A stretch of 64,000 nucleotides of DNA, from assembly GCA_965243395.1 (NCBI GenBank), contig CBDEUS010000002.1:960001-1024000 (forward strand), given 5' to 3'. A program made the translations under genes and the position numbers. How positions within the stretch are numbered: position 1 is the stretch's first letter; every line of letters begins with the position of its first letter. Shown here one piece after another: positions 60,064 to 64,000 of this stretch. The notes beneath the pieces were generated by a model that worked only from the letters and a program-made list of their open reading frames with translations, did no database searches and was not told where the DNA came from. This DNA is from Gammaproteobacteria bacterium (lineage in GTDB: Bacteria > Pseudomonadota > Gammaproteobacteria > UBA4575).

Positions 60064-61416
60064 CTACAATACCTTATCAATGGCCTCTTTGAGTTTATCG
60101 ACTGCTATAATTTCTAGTCCTGATATTTTTTCTTTAGGTTTATTTGCTCTTGGAATAATGGCTTTTTTGAAACCATGTTCTTTGGCTTCTTTTAAACGCG
60201 ATATTCCATTGAACACCGGTCGTATTTCACCCGTTAAACCCACTTCACCAAATGTAATTAAATTCCGATCTAGTGGTTGGTCTCTGAAACTGGAATATGC
60301 TGCAAGCAACACAGCTAAATCTGCACCGGTTTCTTTTAATGACATACCTCCCACAATATTTACAAATACATCTTTATCATAAATCGCGATACCGGCATGA
60401 CGATGTAAAATTGCAAGAAGCATTGTTAAGCGATTTTGTTCAATTCCAAGTGTAACTCTTCTTGCATGCCCGCTTGGATTGTCATCTACGAGTGATTGTA
60501 CTTCTAATAATAGTGGTCGGGTGGCTTCACAGGTAACGGTAATTACGCTCCCAGGTGTATGTTCATTGCGTTGTGACAAAAAGATTGCAGAAGGATTTTT
60601 GACTCCCTTGAGCCCAGTATCTTGCATGGCAAATACTCCGAGCTCATTTACTGCACCAAAACGATTTTTGACTGCACGTAATACTCGGTAACGCCCCCCT
60701 TCATCGCCTTCAAAATATAGAACTGTATCTACAACATGTTCTAAAACACGTGGTCCCGCGATAGCCCCATCTTTGGTTACATGACCCACAACAAAAACTG
60801 TGGTGTTAGTCTGTTTTGCGAATTGAGTGATTTGACTGGCACATTCGCGAACTTGTGAAACTGAGCCTGCAGCAGAAGGAGTTTTCTCGGATGATAAAGT
60901 CTGAATCGAGTCTATTACCATAATATTGGGTTTTTCCCGCATGGCATGGGCAAGGATTTCTTCTAAATTATTAGACGCGATGACTCTAAGCGTTGAATCT
61001 TTATAGCCTAGTCGTTCTGCACGAAGCGCCACTTGTTGTAATGACTCTTCACCCGTTACATATAATGCGCGTTCATGATCAAGTGAGCTCAAAACTTGTA
61101 GCAGCAAAGTTGATTTTCCGATTCCAGGATTACCACCGACTAAAATAACTGAGCCGGGCACAATTCCTCCGCCCAGCACACGATCTAATTCTGTAAGAGG
61201 TGTTTTTATTCGGTCATGGGTTTCACAAGTAATTTCGTTAATGCTTTGTACTTCATTTTCTGCACCTGCAAGTGCAAAAGATCCAGCTTTTTGTTTTTGA
61301 AAAACAGCAGCTTGTTTTTCTATTGAATTCCATGCACCACACTCGGAACATTGGCCCATCCATTTTGAGAAAAGGGCTGCACATTCTGTACACACATAGC
61401 TGAGTTCTTTTGCCAT
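60064..61416 (-). CDS. radA: DNA repair protein RadA (Sms)
   Basis: CTEC...CSEC zinc finger, GNPGIGKST, KNRFG, Lon-like C-terminus. Confidence 0.98.
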   Translation of the reverse strand: MAKELSYVCTECAALFSKWMGQCSECGAWNSIEKQAAVFQKQKAGSFALAGAENEVQSINEITCETHDRIKTPLTELDRVLGGGIVPGSVILVGGNPGIGKSTLLLQVLSSLDHERALYVTGEESLQQVALRAERLGYKDSTLRVIASNNLEEILAHAMREKPNIMVIDSIQTLSSEKTPSAAGSVSQVRECASQITQFAKQTNTTVFVVGHVTKDGAIAGPRVLEHVVDTVLYFEGDEGGRYRVLRAVKNRFGAVNELGVFAMQDTGLKGVKNPSAIFLSQRNEHTPGSVITVTCEATRPLLLEVQSLVDDNPSGHARRVTLGIEQNRLTMLLAILHRHAGIAIYDKDVFVNIVGGMSLKETGADLAVLLAAYSSFRDQPLDRNLITFGEVGLTGEIRPVFNGISRLKEAKEHGFKKAIIPRANKPKEKISGLEIIAVDKLKEAIDKVL

Positions 61417-61479
61417 GTGGTTTATTGTACTAGATGGATTAGCTTGCTTGCGTGACTCGAATGGGAGAGCTGGATAAAT

Positions 61480-62757
61480 TTAAGCTACTTGCTCATGCTG
61501 AGGAAGGCGAGGACTCATACGAACGGTGCGAACCGCATTATTTTGAATTTGGACCACTTCTATGGGATAGCCATCTATTAATACGCTCGTTCCAGGTTCA
61601 GGGATGGATTGAAAGTGTTCCAAAATTAAACCGTTGATTGTTTTTGGGCCATCCACGTGCAATTGCCAGGCGAGTGCCTTATTGATGTCTCGAATATGTG
61701 TACCACCGTCTACTACATAAGTGCCATCTTTTTGAGGATGGATTTCTACATCATAAGTTGCGGGGTCATTGGTAAATTCGCCGACTATTTCTTCTAATAA
61801 GTCCTCAAGAGTAACCATGCCTTGAATGTCTCCAAACTCATCTACCACCAAACTTAAACGACGTTTATTACCTTGGAATTCAAAGAGTAATTTTTTTAAG
61901 TTAGTTCCTTCTGGAATGAAGTATGGTTCACGAATTACTTTTTCTAAATCCTCTCGCTCCAAATCCTTATCAACTATTTTCAAGATGAACTTGCGCAAGT
62001 GCAGAAATCCGACAACATTATCAATATTATTGCGGTACACGGGTACTCGTGTATAAGAGATGTTTTTTAATTGTGTAACAATGTCATCCCAATCATCTTC
62101 TAAATCGATGCCAATAATTTCATTTTTTGGGATCATGATGTCTTCAGCCGTAATATGTTCAAGATCCAAAACACCTAACAGCATTTTTTGATGCTCAGTT
62201 GAAATAGTAGTACCTTCATCGTTAACAGCAGTACGTAGCTCATCGTGAGATAAAGTTGTTAACACACTTTCTTTAACATCCACACCAAATAATCGTAACA
62301 AAGAATTAGAAAAGAAATTCGTAACCCATACAAAAGGATATAAAATATCTAACAGTGGTTTATACACCCGCGCTGCGGGCAGCGCTATTTTTTCAGAATG
62401 TAGAGCGGCAAGGGTTTTGGGTGTGAGTTCTGCAAAAATCAAGATCGCAAAAATTAAAATAAAAGTTGCAATCGCAATACCGACTTCACCATGAAGGCGA
62501 TAACCAATGTATGCAGAAAGTTGTGCGATTAGAATGTTGACAACATTATTGCCAAGCAAAATTAATCCGATGAGTCGGTCTGGATTTTTTAAAAGTTTTT
62601 GTGCCTGTTTGGCACCTCTGTGACCATCATTTGCTAAATGACGCAGGCGATAACGGTTTAATGCCATTAACGCTGTTTCTGAGCCTGAAAAAAATGCCGA
62701 AAATAAAAATAATACAAGCAACACTATAAATAGTGTGCCTATCGAATATTCGTCCAA
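61480..62757 (-). CDS. HlyC/CorC-family CNNM transporter (YfjD-like)
   Basis: SAFFSGSETA, ILLGNN, ELTPK, CBS pair, VDEFGDIQGMVTLEDLLEEIVG. Confidence 0.92.
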   Translation of the reverse strand: MDEYSIGTLFIVLLVLFLFSAFFSGSETALMALNRYRLRHLANDGHRGAKQAQKLLKNPDRLIGLILLGNNVVNILIAQLSAYIGYRLHGEVGIAIATFILIFAILIFAELTPKTLAALHSEKIALPAARVYKPLLDILYPFVWVTNFFSNSLLRLFGVDVKESVLTTLSHDELRTAVNDEGTTISTEHQKMLLGVLDLEHITAEDIMIPKNEIIGIDLEDDWDDIVTQLKNISYTRVPVYRNNIDNVVGFLHLRKFILKIVDKDLEREDLEKVIREPYFIPEGTNLKKLLFEFQGNKRRLSLVVDEFGDIQGMVTLEDLLEEIVGEFTNDPATYDVEIHPQKDGTYVVDGGTHIRDINKALAWQLHVDGPKTINGLILEHFQSIPEPGTSVLIDGYPIEVVQIQNNAVRTVRMSPRLPQHEQVA

Positions 62758-62817
62758 GGTCGTGTTGACCCTCCGGTAATAAAGATACGGTCATTAACTG
62801 CCGCAAAGAGGGATTTG

Positions 62818-63651
62818 TCAAGAGAGAGGTACGCTATCGATCCTGTGAAGTAGTATTTCCTGGACAAACTTACTGCCTAAGTAGGCCAAAATCAGAAATA
62901 CAAAACCTCCTAATGTCCAGCGAATGGCCGTTTGTCCGCGCCAACCAAATTTCCAACGTCCCCAAAGTAGAACTGCAAAAAGTATCCAGGCGAGAATGGA
63001 TAATATGGTTTTATGCGCAATTTGTTGTTCAAACATGTTTTCTAAATATAAAAACCCAGTAAATAACGCTACGGATAACAAGACAAACCCAATGGTGATG
63101 GTTTGAAACATAAATTTTTCAGTTTCATGCAGTGGTGGTAAAGCGCGGGTAATACCTTGCAATTCAGCATTGCGTAAATGCCGGTCTTGATTAAGTAATA
63201 AGATCGACTGAATAGCCGAGATAGTTAGTACGCTAAATGCGAAAAGTGAAAATAGAATATGAAATTGCAAGCCACGCACATTAGACGTGGAAACATGTAT
63301 TTCGGGTTTTATGATGGTTAAGACGATTGCCGCAATAATAATAGGCAATAAAAACAAGCCTAAGAATTCTCTTTTTTTACTGACGGATAAAATCAATACT
63401 AATGCAGAAATGATGAACAGAACTAATGAAACAGCATTATAAAAGGTAAGGTTCAATCCTTGTGAAGTAAACGTTTGGGGGTATAGGTGCAGTGCATGAA
63501 CGAGGCAGGCAATAGACCATAGAATCAGCATCAAGCCACGTTTGTCGGGTGTATGGGAATCGGGCACATGATGTGAACGCCATAACAACAACACAAAGGT
63601 AAATGCATAAAATGCTATGGCGCCGTACTTAAGTATGCTTGACATAAACAA
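62818..63651 (-). CDS. Cytochrome c assembly family inner membrane protein (YpjD-like)
   Basis: About 8 TM helices, LPPL..TE, HKTILS..AW, GWRG, LAYLGSKFV. Confidence 0.85.
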   Translation of the reverse strand: MFMSSILKYGAIAFYAFTFVLLLWRSHHVPDSHTPDKRGLMLILWSIACLVHALHLYPQTFTSQGLNLTFYNAVSLVLFIISALVLILSVSKKREFLGLFLLPIIIAAIVLTIIKPEIHVSTSNVRGLQFHILFSLFAFSVLTISAIQSILLLNQDRHLRNAELQGITRALPPLHETEKFMFQTITIGFVLLSVALFTGFLYLENMFEQQIAHKTILSILAWILFAVLLWGRWKFGWRGQTAIRWTLGGFVFLILAYLGSKFVQEILLHRIDSVPLS

Positions 63652-63836
63652 ACAAAATTATTTAATTAGCGATAAATTAAGAGTGTGCAGTACAAGAAAT
63701 AAATTAAGTATGCAATAGTGTCTTCTATCGTGGGTTTAATTTTTGGCAAAATAACTTAAAGTAAACTGAGATCAGCTAGACATTTCTGCATTACCTGCAA
63801 TGATAGCATTATTCAGATTGTGATTATCGAATAACC

Positions 63837-64000
63837 ATGAATATACGTGTCCTTGGCTGTAGTGGGGGTATTGGTTCGGGTCATAGAACCACTTCTTTAC
63901 TGTTAGATGATTCTGTACTGATTGATTGTGGTACAGGTCTTGGCGATCTATCGCTTGATGAAATGTTAAAGATACAGCATGTATTCATTACTCATTGTCA
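63837..64000 (+). CDS. Metallo-beta-lactamase-fold 3',5'-cyclic nucleotide phosphodiesterase-like protein (truncated by the window end)
   Basis: Manual translation MNIRVLGCSGGIGSGHRTTSLLLDDSVLIDCGTG...HVFITHC, leading into the HxHxDH motif. Confidence 0.75.
   Translation, partial: MNIRVLGCSGGIGSGHRTTSLLLDDSVLIDCGTGLGDLSLDEMLKIQHVFITHC

Noticed and set aside
342-63106. Numerous 60-155 aa ORFs overlapping the assigned genes
   Set aside because: They lie antisense or out of frame within well-supported genes and show no recognisable motifs

Overview
Chromosomal window from an AT-rich gammaproteobacterium; the taxon is inferred from gene order only. The backbone is conserved housekeeping synteny: secA-argJ-mutT, zapD-coaE-pilDCB, pilA-pilRS, sucCD-nadE, bamD/rluD-pgeF-clpB, proS, dapA-bamC, dxs-ispA-xseB, a rubrerythrin operon, and fdhD-radA-corC-like-ypjD. 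Two accessory regions interrupt it. (1) A ~17 kb glycosylation island between pilA and pilB encodes a TMTC/TfpW-like GT-C enzyme, a GT2, DUF354, AsnB, a GT4, a variant pseudaminic-acid pathway (formyltransferase in place of PseH, two NeuB-family synthases) and a flippase. (2) The most notable feature is a 1.9 kb insert between pgeF and clpB. Four unrelated, co-oriented, apparently promoterless small membrane-protein genes are each delimited by a 30-bp palindromic site with 12-6-12 architecture (AATGTCCGCTWW-N6-WWAGCGGACATT, five copies). The array is bracketed by 45-bp imperfect terminal inverted repeats whose hairpins show compensatory changes. This looks like an integron-like gene-cassette system that uses neither attC nor dif sites, and no recombinase is encoded in the window. 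No rRNA, tRNA, CRISPR array or transposase was recognised. All calls come from reading the sequence; no searches were run.
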